From an uncultured Deinococcaceae bacterium (lineage in GTDB: Bacteria; Deinococcota; Deinococci; Deinococcales; Deinococcaceae), in assembly GCA_964252075.1 (NCBI GenBank), contig CAXULY010000006.1, positions 96,001-160,000 of the forward strand: 64,000 nt of DNA, read 5' to 3'. Made by a program: the position numbers and the translations under genes. The notes beneath the pieces are model-generated. The model ran no database searches. It worked only from the letters and a program-made list of their open reading frames with translations, and had not been told where the DNA came from. Position 1 is the stretch's first letter, and each line of letters begins with the position of its first letter. Below are positions 38,738 to 48,455 of this stretch, piece after piece.

Positions 38738-39163
38738 TTCAGCCCGCACTGCTGGTCCATCCGCTGCACGCCCGCCTCCACCCGCACGCGCACCACCCTC
38801 CCCCTGCCTGGGGCGCACTTTGAGCGTGTGCCGCCCACGCTTAGTCGACCGTGCGCTGAGGAAACCAGGTGATGGTTCACGCCGCGGCGCGGCGCGGAGC
38901 TTGGGCCTGCAGGCCGGTCACACCAAGGGGTAAGGCCTCTGTGTGGCTGTTTGTTGTGGCTTCTCGGCGCGTCCCTGCGGTCAGGTTCGGGCCCTTCAGC
39001 TCGCGCGCCAACAGAAAGAATTTTAGATGAAAGCGATATGTAGCATGCGTGAGGAATCCCTGAGTCCATGACCTCCGACGCCTTCTCCTCACGGTTCCAC
39101 CCTCACGCGCGACGCGACTGCACACCAGCCGTCCGCGCGGGGCGCCCCTGCACCGGAGGTGCA

Positions 39164-39712
39164 ATGAAGAAACAAACCATCCTCCTTCTCATTGCGGCGA
39201 CCGCCGCCCCCGCGCTCGCCGCGACCGTCGAAGGTCCCGGCAGCACCCAGAGCAACGTGACCGTCAAGACCAAGATCGGCTCGGCCTGCGTCATGAGCGT
39301 CAACGGCCCCGTCACCCTCGCGCCCACCTTGTACTGGACCAGCAGCACCGACGCGACCGGCACCACCAACGTCAACGTCCGCTGCAACGAGGGCACGCAG
39401 TTCGTCCTGAGTGCCCCCACCACCGCGACGCTCAGGAATGGCGCCGCCAGCATCACCGCCGCCATCAACGGCGGCTCCAACGGCGCCGTCACCGCCAGCG
39501 CCCTGAATGGCGTCTCTATGGCGTCCGGGCACGACTACCCGTTCAACGTGACGGTCGCCGCCACCCAGCTCAGCACCACCACCCCCGCCGGGCCGTACAG
39601 CGGCACCGCCACCGTGACCCTCGACGTCGTCAGCCCGGCCGATCCCACCGACATCGACACCTGCCCCGTCATCGGTCCCGTCGGCATCCCCCTCTCCCGC
39701 ACGGCGCTGTAA
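39164..39712 (+). CDS. Csu/spore-coat-U-like pilin subunit 1
   Basis: Signal peptide; two N-domain Cys (GSAC...VRCN); C-terminal PAGPYSGTATVTLDV. GGAGG RBS. Confidence 0.75.
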   Translation: MKKQTILLLIAATAAPALAATVEGPGSTQSNVTVKTKIGSACVMSVNGPVTLAPTLYWTSSTDATGTTNVNVRCNEGTQFVLSAPTTATLRNGAASITAAINGGSNGAVTASALNGVSMASGHDYPFNVTVAATQLSTTTPAGPYSGTATVTLDVVSPADPTDIDTCPVIGPVGIPLSRTAL

Positions 39713-39730
39713 CCCACGCCAGGAGCCCCC

Positions 39731-40225
39731 ATGCGTAACCTCACCCTGATGACCCTGCTCGCCGGCACCCTCGGCGTCGCTTCCGCCCAGACCACCGTCA
39801 CCGGCGTCGGCTCCAACAGCACCACCGTCACCATCAACGCGACCGTCGGCCCGGCCTGCCAGATGAACACCAGCACCAGCAGCGTCACGCTCAGCCCCAC
39901 GCTGTACTGGACCAACACCACCGACGCCACCGGCAACTTCAGCGTCAACGTCAAGTGCAACGTCGGCACGCCCTTCAACCTGCAGGTGCCCGCGACCCTC
40001 GCCCTCACCAATGGCGGCGCGAGCATCCACGCCGCCCTCACCGGCGCGGCGACGAACGTCGTGGCCAGCGAGAGCGGCGCCAACACCGTCGCCAGCAGCG
40101 CCGGCCAGTCCTACCCCGTGAACATCAGCGTCGCGCACGGCGAAGTCACGCAGAGCCAGCCGACCGGCCTGTACCAGGGCACCGCGACCGTGACCCTCGA
40201 GATCCTCGCGCCCGCGGTGCCCTGA
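39731..40225 (+). CDS. Csu/spore-coat-U-like pilin subunit 2
   Basis: Paralogue of the previous gene (VTLSPTLYWTNTTDATG vs VTLAPTLYWTSSTDATG; GLYQGTATVTLEI). Confidence 0.78.
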   Translation: MRNLTLMTLLAGTLGVASAQTTVTGVGSNSTTVTINATVGPACQMNTSTSSVTLSPTLYWTNTTDATGNFSVNVKCNVGTPFNLQVPATLALTNGGASIHAALTGAATNVVASESGANTVASSAGQSYPVNISVAHGEVTQSQPTGLYQGTATVTLEILAPAVP

Positions 40226-40243
40226 CCGGACCCGCAACACCCT

Positions 40244-40266
40244 GGGGCGCTCACGCGGGGCGCCCC
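40244..40266 (+). other. Stem-loop after the major pilin genes
   Basis: GGGGCGC-N9-GCGCCCC. Confidence 0.4.
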
Positions 40267-40319
40267 TCATTTCGAACCACCCCAACACGAGACGCTCAAC
40301 GACCCACCCCGGAGGTTCC

Positions 40320-41060
40320 ATGGCCTTGTTCCCCCCCACCACCCTCGCCCGCGCCTTCTTCCGCGCGGCGCTCGCGGCGCTCCTGCTCGGCGGCGCGGAC
40401 GCCGGGACGTCCCTGCAGTTCAGCCCGACGCACCTGCAACTGCGCAGCAGCCAGACCAGCACCCTCGTCGTTATCCGCAACATCAGCGACCAGACCGCCA
40501 CCTTCTCCACCGAACTCCTCCACTGGACGCAGGACGGGCAGGACCAGTACGACGCCACGCGGGACTTCATCGTGAACCCCGGCCGCTTCACGCTGGCGCC
40601 CGGGCAGGAGCAGACGGTGCGCCTCGCGTGGCGCGCCGCCCCGGTCACGCAGGAGCGCGCCTACCGCCTGTACGTGCAGGAACTGCCGGCCGCCACCGCG
40701 CAGGGCGGCGCGGACGGCACCGTCGCGCAGGTCACGACGCTCTACCGGGTGGGCCTGCCGCTGTTCGTCACGCCCGCCGCGCAGCCCGCCAGCGCGCCCG
40801 AGGTGGCCTTCACCGCCGTCCGCACCCCCGATGGGCTGCGCGTCACCTTGCGCAACACCACCGCCCGCTACACCCTGGTGCGCGAACTGCAGTTCGCGCA
40901 AAGCGACACGCGCACGACGCCCGCGGCGTTCAACCTGCTCGGCGGTGGCGCCCTCACCTTCACCTTGCCCAGCGTGCCCGGCGCCCGCAAAGTCGACATC
41001 AGCGCGAAGTTCGGCGCGAGCGACGAGACGCGCCGCCTCACGCTCGAGTTGCGCCCTTGA
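40320..41060 (+). CDS. Pilus assembly chaperone (PapD/CsuC-like)
   Basis: LQFSPTHLQL, WTQDGQD, VNPGRFTLAPGQEQTVRL, ERAYRLYVQELP, LPLFV. Confidence 0.88.
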   Translation: MALFPPTTLARAFFRAALAALLLGGADAGTSLQFSPTHLQLRSSQTSTLVVIRNISDQTATFSTELLHWTQDGQDQYDATRDFIVNPGRFTLAPGQEQTVRLAWRAAPVTQERAYRLYVQELPAATAQGGADGTVAQVTTLYRVGLPLFVTPAAQPASAPEVAFTAVRTPDGLRVTLRNTTARYTLVRELQFAQSDTRTTPAAFNLLGGGALTFTLPSVPGARKVDISAKFGASDETRRLTLELRP

Positions 41061-43216
41061 CGGCGCGCGTCGCCGCCCGCCGTTCAGGCGCGGCGCGCCC
41101 GGTCCTGCTGCTCGCCCTCCTGCTGGGCGCCGCGCAGGCCGCCGGCACCGCCCCCGCTCCGGTGGCCGCGTTGCCCGTCGGGGCGCCTGAGGCGCCCTGC
41201 GTGGCCGCGCCGCTCCTGCTGCAGGTGACGGTCGGCCACACGGACCGCGGCGTGCACCTCGCGTACCAGACGCCGGACGGCCTGTGGCTCGCGAGTGCCG
41301 CGTTCCAGCCGTCCGAAGCGGGCTACCTCAGCGCGCGCGCCACCTGCGACGGGGAGGCGCTCGTCCTGCTGCGTCCCGACGTGCGCTTCACCCTCGACCC
41401 GCGGGGGCTGACCGTGCGCATCGACGAGAACCTCGCGCTGCTCCCCACCACCACGCAGCGCGTCACGGACACCACGGCCGACCTGTCCAGCGCCCTGCCG
41501 CTGGTGCGCTTCACGTACGACGTCCGGGGCGCGGTGAACGTCACGAACCTCGCGCAGAGCGCGCGCGAGCAGACGCAGTTCAAGCTGGAGTACGCGCAGG
41601 GCCCCTACCACCTGGACGCGGCGCACGCCCAGGCGTACGCGGCGGGCCGGTTCACGCAGTGGTGGACCGTCGGCGCGGACGCGCAGCTCACGCCCACCGC
41701 GACCGCCGGGCTGTTCGTGACCGGCGCGGACACCACCACCTTCGGCGTTCGCGCCACCCTCAACCGCTTCACCCTGGCGGAACTGCCCGCCTTCGAAGTG
41801 ACCCTCGCGTCCGACGCGGACGTGGAGGTCCTCATGAACAACGTCACGGTCCGGACGGTGCACGCGTCCGCCGGTCGCGTCCTCATCGAGGGGCTCAGGC
41901 CCGGCGAGAGCCGCGGCACGGTCGAGGTGCGCTGGCGCGAGGGTGACCTCGCCCGCAGCGTCACGCGGCCCTACGACCTCCAGAGCGCGTACGGCGCCGG
42001 GAGTTACAGCGCGCAGGGCGCGCTCGGCTGGAGTGTCGGCCGGGGCGTCCGCGCGGACGCGAACGCCACCGTGTTGATCGACCCGCGCGCGCGCCTCACC
42101 GCCGACCTGCGCAGCGTCGGCGGTTTCGGCCGCGCCAACCTCCAGGGCACGTACCTCGCGGGGCCCGTCGCGTTCGGCCTGGGCGGCACGGTCGACTGGA
42201 CGACGCCCACACCCTGGAGCGCCGTTCAGGGGCAGGTCGCGTGGCTCAACCCGCTCGGCACCCTCGGGCTGACCGCGACGCTCGCGCCCGGCCGTCCCGA
42301 CTTCAGCGGCGTCGGTGTGAACGTCGCCCTGGGGCAGGGCCCGTGGAACGTGCTCGGGCAGGTGAGCGTGAACGCGCAGCGCGCCGCGGTGGCCGCCGCG
42401 AGCTTCAGCTTCCACCCCACCGCCCGCGGCACCACCACGCTCTCCGCCGAAGCCCGCCCGGGTCGGGTGACCGTCACGCTCTCCGGACGCTACCTCCCCA
42501 CGGACACCAGCGTCCTCGACGTGCAGCTCAGCCCGAGCGTCCCGTCCCGCGTGGCGTTCACCAACCAGTCCGGGCCGAACACCGTGGGCGTCGCGTACGA
42601 CACCGCGCAGGGCGGCGTGGTCAGCTACGACCACAACGACACCATCAACGTCGGCGCGAGCCTCACGACGGCGGGCGTCGTCACCGCCGGCGCGAACGGC
42701 AGCGTCGCCTGGGTGGGCGGGACCCTCGGCCACACGGGCGACCAGACCGGCGCCTCGCTGCTGCTGCACCTCGGCGTGCCCGGCGTGGTCGTTCACGCGG
42801 CCGGACAGACCGCCACATCCGACGCGCAGGGCGACGCCATCCTGACGGGCCTGCCGAGCCGCGTGCCGCTGCAGGTCAACGTGGACCTCGACGAACTCCC
42901 CATCGAGGTCGGCCTGCAGAGCACCAGCGTCAAGGTCACGCTGTCGGACGCGGGCGTCCAGGCGTACGACTGGCGCGGCAACTTCACCCGCTCGACGTGG
43001 TGGCAGCTGCAGTGGTCCGCGACGGAACCCGCCGCGCTCGCCGTGCTGGACCTGCCGGACGGGCAGCAGCTCCTCGCGGACGAGGCGGGCCGCGTCCTCC
43101 TCCCGCCCTCCTCGACCCTCACGGGCGCGACGATGCACGACGGGACGCCCGCGTCCACCCGGAGTTGCGCGCTCACCGCGAACCCCACCTCAGGAGTGCT
43201 CTTGTGCGTCCACTGA
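41057..43216 (+). CDS. Divergent fimbrial usher-like outer-membrane protein
   Basis: TTG start overlapping the chaperone stop; signal peptide; alternating beta-strand pattern; SDADVEVLMNN plug-like segment; TSDAQGDAILTGL...VNVDLDELP; C-terminal Cys pair. Confidence 0.7.
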   Translation: MTARVAARRSGAARPVLLLALLLGAAQAAGTAPAPVAALPVGAPEAPCVAAPLLLQVTVGHTDRGVHLAYQTPDGLWLASAAFQPSEAGYLSARATCDGEALVLLRPDVRFTLDPRGLTVRIDENLALLPTTTQRVTDTTADLSSALPLVRFTYDVRGAVNVTNLAQSAREQTQFKLEYAQGPYHLDAAHAQAYAAGRFTQWWTVGADAQLTPTATAGLFVTGADTTTFGVRATLNRFTLAELPAFEVTLASDADVEVLMNNVTVRTVHASAGRVLIEGLRPGESRGTVEVRWREGDLARSVTRPYDLQSAYGAGSYSAQGALGWSVGRGVRADANATVLIDPRARLTADLRSVGGFGRANLQGTYLAGPVAFGLGGTVDWTTPTPWSAVQGQVAWLNPLGTLGLTATLAPGRPDFSGVGVNVALGQGPWNVLGQVSVNAQRAAVAAASFSFHPTARGTTTLSAEARPGRVTVTLSGRYLPTDTSVLDVQLSPSVPSRVAFTNQSGPNTVGVAYDTAQGGVVSYDHNDTINVGASLTTAGVVTAGANGSVAWVGGTLGHTGDQTGASLLLHLGVPGVVVHAAGQTATSDAQGDAILTGLPSRVPLQVNVDLDELPIEVGLQSTSVKVTLSDAGVQAYDWRGNFTRSTWWQLQWSATEPAALAVLDLPDGQQLLADEAGRVLLPPSSTLTGATMHDGTPASTRSCALTANPTSGVLLCVH

Positions 43217-43680
43217 TGCTGCTGGCCCTCCCGGCCCCCGCCCTCGCGCAAAGCGCCTCGTGCACGCTCACCGGGCAGAACATCCAGGTGAACGCGTACA
43301 CCTGGACGCAGGCCGCCAGCAGCGCTGGCGTGGCGGCGACCGTCGCGTGCGACCTGCCGCCCGGCACCAGCGTGTCCTTCCGGGTGGGCGTCGACATGCT
43401 GGACCGTCGCCCGGACGGCCAGCGGGTACTGCACCCGCCCGGTCTGGGCGCCCCGCTCCTGTATGCGCTCAGCCTGCTCGATCTGGGCGGCCCGTGGCCC
43501 TGGGGGGACGGAACGGGCGGCACCGTCACGTTCTCCCGCACGCGGACGAGCGGGGAGGGCGGGTTGACCTCGTCGAACGACGACGTGATGGTCATGCTGG
43601 ACGTGCCCGCCGGTCAGATGGTCGAGGCGGGCACGTACACGGACGCCGTGACGATCACGCTGGACGTGCTCGCCCCGTAA
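43204..43680 (+). CDS. Csu/spore-coat-U-like minor pilin
   Basis: AGGAG RBS with GTG 43204; signal peptide; SCT...VAC; PWGDGTGGT; VPAGQMVEAGTYTDAVTITL. Confidence 0.8.
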   Translation: MRPLMLLALPAPALAQSASCTLTGQNIQVNAYTWTQAASSAGVAATVACDLPPGTSVSFRVGVDMLDRRPDGQRVLHPPGLGAPLLYALSLLDLGGPWPWGDGTGGTVTFSRTRTSGEGGLTSSNDDVMVMLDVPAGQMVEAGTYTDAVTITLDVLAP

Positions 43681-43963
43681 GTGGGGCCGCACCTCCAGCG
43701 GAGGGGACGGTTCGCAGGCGCGCGCGAACCCGACGCCCAGCGACGAGGCCGGACGAGGCGCGCCTCTGGTGGAGGTGCAGGCGCTCCGGGCCTCTGGAGC
43801 ACGACGTCTTCGTACGCCTGAGCCCACCGCGCTGGGCGCACCACGTGCGGTCCGGCTATCCCTCTTGTTGCTCGATGCCGTCCCCGGCGAGCCATGGCCT
43901 ACCCGCGGCCCGGCCGTCAGCACCACTGGCGATTCCGCCGGGTCTCCTGGGCATACTGCAGGG

Positions 43964-44863
43964 GTGGACGCCCAAGATGACCTCGCCGCCCTTGAACGCG
44001 CGCTGCGGAGGGCCTTCGGGCGGCCGCCCCGCGACGTCCTGCGCCTCACCACCGGCGCTTCCACCAGCCGGGTTTATCAGGCCTCCCTGGACGGCCACCC
44101 GCCGGTCGTCGTCAAGGTGAACGCCCACCCACCTCGACTCGCGGGGATGGCGCACAACCTCGAGGTCCTGGGCGACCTGGGACTCCCCGTCCCGCAGGTG
44201 CTGCACGTGGACATCGAACCCGCACCGGGTGAGGACGCGCTGGTCGTGATGTCCGCCATCCCCGGCCGGGACCTGCGGCACGTGCTGGGCACCTTGAGCC
44301 GTCGGCAGATGCACGAGGTGGCGCGCGCCGTCGTGGACGCGCAGCGCAAGGTCGGGACGCGCCCGGAAGGCCGCGGGTACGGCTGGGTGCCGGAAGGCGC
44401 CCCCGTGGACTTCGCCCGCTGGACGGACGTCATCGAGCGGGACTGGCGGCGCGTCGAGCCCCACTGGCGCGACCTGCAGCTCCCGAACGCCGTCGAGCTG
44501 CCACAGCAACTCGAGGCCCTGCGCCCGTACTTCAGTGCGGTCCCGGCGCGGTGCTTTCTGGACGACCTCACCACCAAGAACGTGATGATTGAGGGTGGAG
44601 CGCTGGCGGGCTTCGTGGATTTCGACGTGGTGTGTTACGGCGACCCGCTGTACTGGCTGGCCCTGACGCGCGCTGCGGTGCGGGCGGACGTGGGGGAAGC
44701 GGGGCGACCGTACCTGGAGGCGCTGGAGCGGCTGTGGGCGCTGACTGCCGAGCAGCGGCGCGTCGCGCGCCTGTACGAGCGGATGCACCTGCTGAACTTC
44801 TGGGGCCACGCGGGCAGCGATGAGGAGCGCACCTGGGTGCGGACGGTGCTCGAACAGACGTAG
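43964..44863 (+). CDS. Phosphotransferase (APH / choline kinase-like)
   Basis: VVVKV, LPVPQVL, DDLTTKNVMI, GFVDFD...GDPLY. CATACT -10 lies 6 nt before GTG. Confidence 0.8.
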   Translation: MDAQDDLAALERALRRAFGRPPRDVLRLTTGASTSRVYQASLDGHPPVVVKVNAHPPRLAGMAHNLEVLGDLGLPVPQVLHVDIEPAPGEDALVVMSAIPGRDLRHVLGTLSRRQMHEVARAVVDAQRKVGTRPEGRGYGWVPEGAPVDFARWTDVIERDWRRVEPHWRDLQLPNAVELPQQLEALRPYFSAVPARCFLDDLTTKNVMIEGGALAGFVDFDVVCYGDPLYWLALTRAAVRADVGEAGRPYLEALERLWALTAEQRRVARLYERMHLLNFWGHAGSDEERTWVRTVLEQT

Positions 44864-44947
44864 CCTTTGGCCGCGGTGGGAACGTCCGCGTCCTGCGCCG
44901 CAATGAGCGCGGCGGTAGAGCGGCAGGCCCTCCTCTGGGCGGCCGGT

Positions 44948-44990
44948 GCGGCGGATTCGTCGGGCTGGGCGACACGACCGAATCCGCCGC
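44948..44990. terminator. Stem-loop downstream of the phosphotransferase
   Basis: GCGGCGGATTCG...CGAATCCGCCGC, 12-bp arms. Confidence 0.5.
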
Positions 44991-45044
44991 CTCTCCTCTG
45001 AGCGACCCCCGCCTGATACCGTTCCGCGGGGTCAAAATCTGAAC

Positions 45045-45095
45045 TTGACTTTTCTTGGGTCGATTCCTACACTTCTTACTTAAGTCACCAAGTAA
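45045..45095 (+). promoter_or_regulatory. Sigma70 promoter with ROK-type operator
   Basis: TTGACT-17nt-TACACT, then palindrome TTACTT-N8-AAGTAA (45076-45095) over the expected start site. Confidence 0.75.
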
Positions 45096-45110
45096 AGAAA
45101 GAGGGGGTGG

Positions 45111-46328
45111 ATGACCCGGACCCTCAAGGCTGATCAAACCGCCGTGCGCGCCCACAACCGCGCCGTGCTGCTCAACTTGCTGCGCCGACTGGGACCCAGC
45201 AGCCGGGTGCAGCTCCAGAAGCTCAGCGGCCTGAGCGGCGCCGCCGTCACCGGCGTCACCGCCGCCCTCATTCAGGAAGGCCTGGTGGTCGAAAGCAGCG
45301 CCGCGGCCTCCACCGGCGGCCGCCCCCCCATCCTGCTGGCCCTCAATTACCAGGCGCAGGCGGCCATCGGCGCGAAACTCAAACCCGACGAGATCGACCT
45401 GGTCCTCACGGACGGCGGCGCCAACATCGAGCGCCAGCTGGTGCTGCCCCTCACCAGCCACTCCCCGGCCGCGGTCGTGCAGGCCATCGCCACGGCCGCC
45501 CGCCACATGCTCGACCAGACCGGACGTCAGCTTCATCAGCTGATGGGCGTCGGGGTGGGCCTCCCGGGCCTCATCGATTCCCAGCGCGGGATCTGCGTGC
45601 ACTCCCCGATCCTGACCTGGCAGGACGTGCCGATCGCCGCCCTCCTCAGCGCCGAGATCGGCTGCCCGGCCTTCGTGGACAACGACGTGAACGCCCTCAC
45701 GGTGGCGGAACAGCTGTTCGGCGGGGAGCACGCCGCGCACCTGCTGGTCGTCACCGTCGGGCGCGGGATCGGGCTCGGCCTGCTGCTGAACGGCCAGCTC
45801 CACCGCGGTCAGCGCGGCGGCGCCGGGGAGTTCGGGCACACCGTGAGCGAAGCGGGCGGCCGCCTGTGCGAATGCGGCAACCGCGGCTGCCTGGAGGCCT
45901 ACGCCGCCGAACCGGCCCTGGTCGCCCGCTACAACGAGCTGAGCGGTGGGGCGCCCATCGACATCGACACCCTCATTGCGCGGCACGCCGCGGGCGACCC
46001 GCGGGCGGTCGAGCTGTTCCGCGACGCCGCCGAACGGATCGGCGTGGCCCTCGCGAGCCTGGTCAACGTCTTGAACCCGGAGCGCATCCTCATCAGCGGC
46101 GAAGGCACCCGGCTCGGACCGGCGTTCTTCCACACCGTCGAGGCCACCCTGCGCCGCGCCACGTTCCGGGGCCTCGCGGACCACCTGGCGCTGCGCGTGC
46201 ACGACGACGGCGAGTTCGCCTGGGCGCGCGGCGCGGCCAGCCTGGCCCTGCAGCAGACCTTTGCCACCCCGCCCCTCGGGGCGTCCCAATCGGCCTCATT
46301 CCTTCCCCACCCAAGGAGTCTGCCATGA
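45111..46328 (+). CDS. ROK family transcriptional repressor (NagC/XylR-like)
   Basis: N-terminal HTH, STGGRPP, VDNDVNA, GAGEFGH, CECGNRGCLE. Confidence 0.93.
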   Translation: MTRTLKADQTAVRAHNRAVLLNLLRRLGPSSRVQLQKLSGLSGAAVTGVTAALIQEGLVVESSAAASTGGRPPILLALNYQAQAAIGAKLKPDEIDLVLTDGGANIERQLVLPLTSHSPAAVVQAIATAARHMLDQTGRQLHQLMGVGVGLPGLIDSQRGICVHSPILTWQDVPIAALLSAEIGCPAFVDNDVNALTVAEQLFGGEHAAHLLVVTVGRGIGLGLLLNGQLHRGQRGGAGEFGHTVSEAGGRLCECGNRGCLEAYAAEPALVARYNELSGGAPIDIDTLIARHAAGDPRAVELFRDAAERIGVALASLVNVLNPERILISGEGTRLGPAFFHTVEATLRRATFRGLADHLALRVHDDGEFAWARGAASLALQQTFATPPLGASQSASFLPHPRSLP

Positions 46329-47548
46329 ACCAGCGCCTGCCCGTCCTGCTGACCCTCGCCCTGCTGAGCGCCGCCTCAGCCAAGACCACCATCACCTTCT
46401 GGAACACGTACAACAGTGACAGCGACGAGAACAAGACCTTGATGACCCAGGTGATTCCGGCCTTCGAGAAGGCCAACCCGGACATCACGGTGGAGGCCCA
46501 GGCCTTCCCCTACCCGGATTTCCGGCAGAAGATCCTGACGTCGCTGGCGGGCGGCACCGCGCCGGACGTGGCGCGCATCGACATCATCTGGTCGCCGGAG
46601 TTCGCGAAGCTCGGCGCGCTGCAGAAGATGGACGGCCTGCCCGGCTTCGCGGCGCTCAAAGGCGCCGTGTTCCCCGGCAGCCTCTCCACCAACTTCTACC
46701 AGGGGAGTTACTTCGGCCTGCCGCTCGACACCAACACGCAGATCATGCTGTACGACCAGGACCTGCTGAAGGCCGCCGGGGTGGGCGCGCCCAAGACCAT
46801 GGCGCAGTTGCAGGGCTACCTCACGAAACTGCAGCAGAAGAGCGGCGGCAAGGTCTCGCAGTGGGGGCTGGCCTTCTCCGGGCCGAGCAACTGGGTGCTG
46901 CTGCCGTGGATCTGGTCGGCGGGCGGCGACGTGCTGGACCCCAGCATGAAGCGCGCCACCGGGTACCTGAACGGCCCCAAGACGGTCGCGGCCATCAGCA
47001 TGCTGCTCAACTGGTCGAAATCCGGGCTGATCGCGCCCACCATGTCGGGCGGCGGCCTGGGCACCTGGGACGGCATGGGCACCCTGAAGTACGCCGGCAT
47101 TCAGGACGGCCCCTGGGCCTTCCCGGCCCTCAAGGCGCAGTACCCGAAACTCAAGATCCAGCACGCGCTGTTCCCGTCCGGCGCGGGCGGCAGCGTGAGC
47201 GTGGTGGGCGGCGAGAACATCGTGATGTTCGCGGGCGGCAAGCACCAGGACGCCGCGTGGAAATTCACCCAGTTCATGCTGAGCCTCCCCACCCAGATCA
47301 CCATGGCGCACACCGGTCAGATCCCGGTGCTGAAGGCGGCCGAGCAGGACCCCTTCATCAAGAACCACCCGTACTACGGCCTGTACTTCCAGCAGCTCAA
47401 GAACGCCAAGGCCCGCCCGCCCGTGCCCGTGTACTCCAAGATCGAGGACACCATGCAGGGCGCCTTCCAGGACGTCTTCGCCGGCAAGCGCACCGTGCAG
47501 GCCGCCCTGGATGACGCCGCGCAAAAAGTGGACGCGCTGCTGAAGTGA
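46325..47548 (+). CDS. Sugar ABC transporter substrate-binding protein
   Basis: Signal peptide, TITFW, GGTAPDV, FGLPLDTNT, GGEN. Confidence 0.92.
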   Translation: MNQRLPVLLTLALLSAASAKTTITFWNTYNSDSDENKTLMTQVIPAFEKANPDITVEAQAFPYPDFRQKILTSLAGGTAPDVARIDIIWSPEFAKLGALQKMDGLPGFAALKGAVFPGSLSTNFYQGSYFGLPLDTNTQIMLYDQDLLKAAGVGAPKTMAQLQGYLTKLQQKSGGKVSQWGLAFSGPSNWVLLPWIWSAGGDVLDPSMKRATGYLNGPKTVAAISMLLNWSKSGLIAPTMSGGGLGTWDGMGTLKYAGIQDGPWAFPALKAQYPKLKIQHALFPSGAGGSVSVVGGENIVMFAGGKHQDAAWKFTQFMLSLPTQITMAHTGQIPVLKAAEQDPFIKNHPYYGLYFQQLKNAKARPPVPVYSKIEDTMQGAFQDVFAGKRTVQAALDDAAQKVDALLK

Positions 47549-47549
47549 C

Positions 47550-48455
47550 ATGACGACCCTCCCTCGCTCCCGCCGCGCGCGGTTGCGCCGCCAGGACCTG
47601 CTGTTCGGCCTGGCCCTGGTGGCGCCCGGCCTGCTGTGGTTTTTGGTGTTCAACCTGTACCCGGCGCTGTTCTCCTTCTGGATTTCCTTCCATCACTGGC
47701 AGGTGCTGGGGGACAGCAGCTGGGCGGGCCTGGAGAATTACGCGCGGGTGTTCACGGACCCCATCAACCTGATCGCGCTGCGCAACACGCTGGTGTACGC
47801 CGTCATCACCGTGACGGGCCAGATGCTGATCGGCCTGTGGCTGGCGCTGCTGGTGCACCGCAAGAGCCGCCTCTCGGGGTTCTTCAGGCTGGTGTATTAC
47901 TTCCCGGTGATCTCGTCGTGGGTGGTGGTGTCCCTGATCTTCACCTTCCTGTTCAACTCCGAGGGGCTCATCAACTACCTGCTGAGTGACGTGCTGCACC
48001 TGTACCGCGACCACATCGCGTGGCTGAACGACCCGGTCACGGCGCTCCTGGCGATCGGGGTGCTGGGCATCTGGAAGGGCGTCGGGTGGGTGATGCTCAT
48101 TTACCTCGCGGCGCTGCAGAACGTGCCCGCCGCGCTGCAGGAGGCCGCCCGCATCGACGGCGCGAGCAACCTTCAGGTGACGCGCTTCGTCACGGTGCCG
48201 CTGCTGCGCACCGCCACCCTGTTCATCCTGGTGATGCTCACCATCGGCGCCTTCCAGGCGTTCCTGCAGTTCTACATCATGACGGGCGGCGGCCCCAACC
48301 ACCAGACGGAGGTGCCGCTGTCGTACATGTACAACCAGGGCTTCACCTTCCTGGACTTCGGGTACGCCTCCGCGCTGGCCTTCGTGCTGGCCCTCATCAT
48401 CATGGCGATCAGCGCCGTGCAGCTGCGCTTCTTCGGGCGGGGGGAGGCCCTGTGA
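47550..48455 (+). CDS. Carbohydrate ABC permease (MalF-like)
   Basis: LQEAARIDGAS EAA motif; FGYASALA. Confidence 0.92.
   Translation: MTTLPRSRRARLRRQDLLFGLALVAPGLLWFLVFNLYPALFSFWISFHHWQVLGDSSWAGLENYARVFTDPINLIALRNTLVYAVITVTGQMLIGLWLALLVHRKSRLSGFFRLVYYFPVISSWVVVSLIFTFLFNSEGLINYLLSDVLHLYRDHIAWLNDPVTALLAIGVLGIWKGVGWVMLIYLAALQNVPAALQEAARIDGASNLQVTRFVTVPLLRTATLFILVMLTIGAFQAFLQFYIMTGGGPNHQTEVPLSYMYNQGFTFLDFGYASALAFVLALIIMAISAVQLRFFGRGEAL

Noticed and set aside
38760..39160. c-di-GMP riboswitch upstream of the pilus operon
   Set aside because: I could not find the conserved class I or class II motifs by eye; an Rfam scan would settle it.
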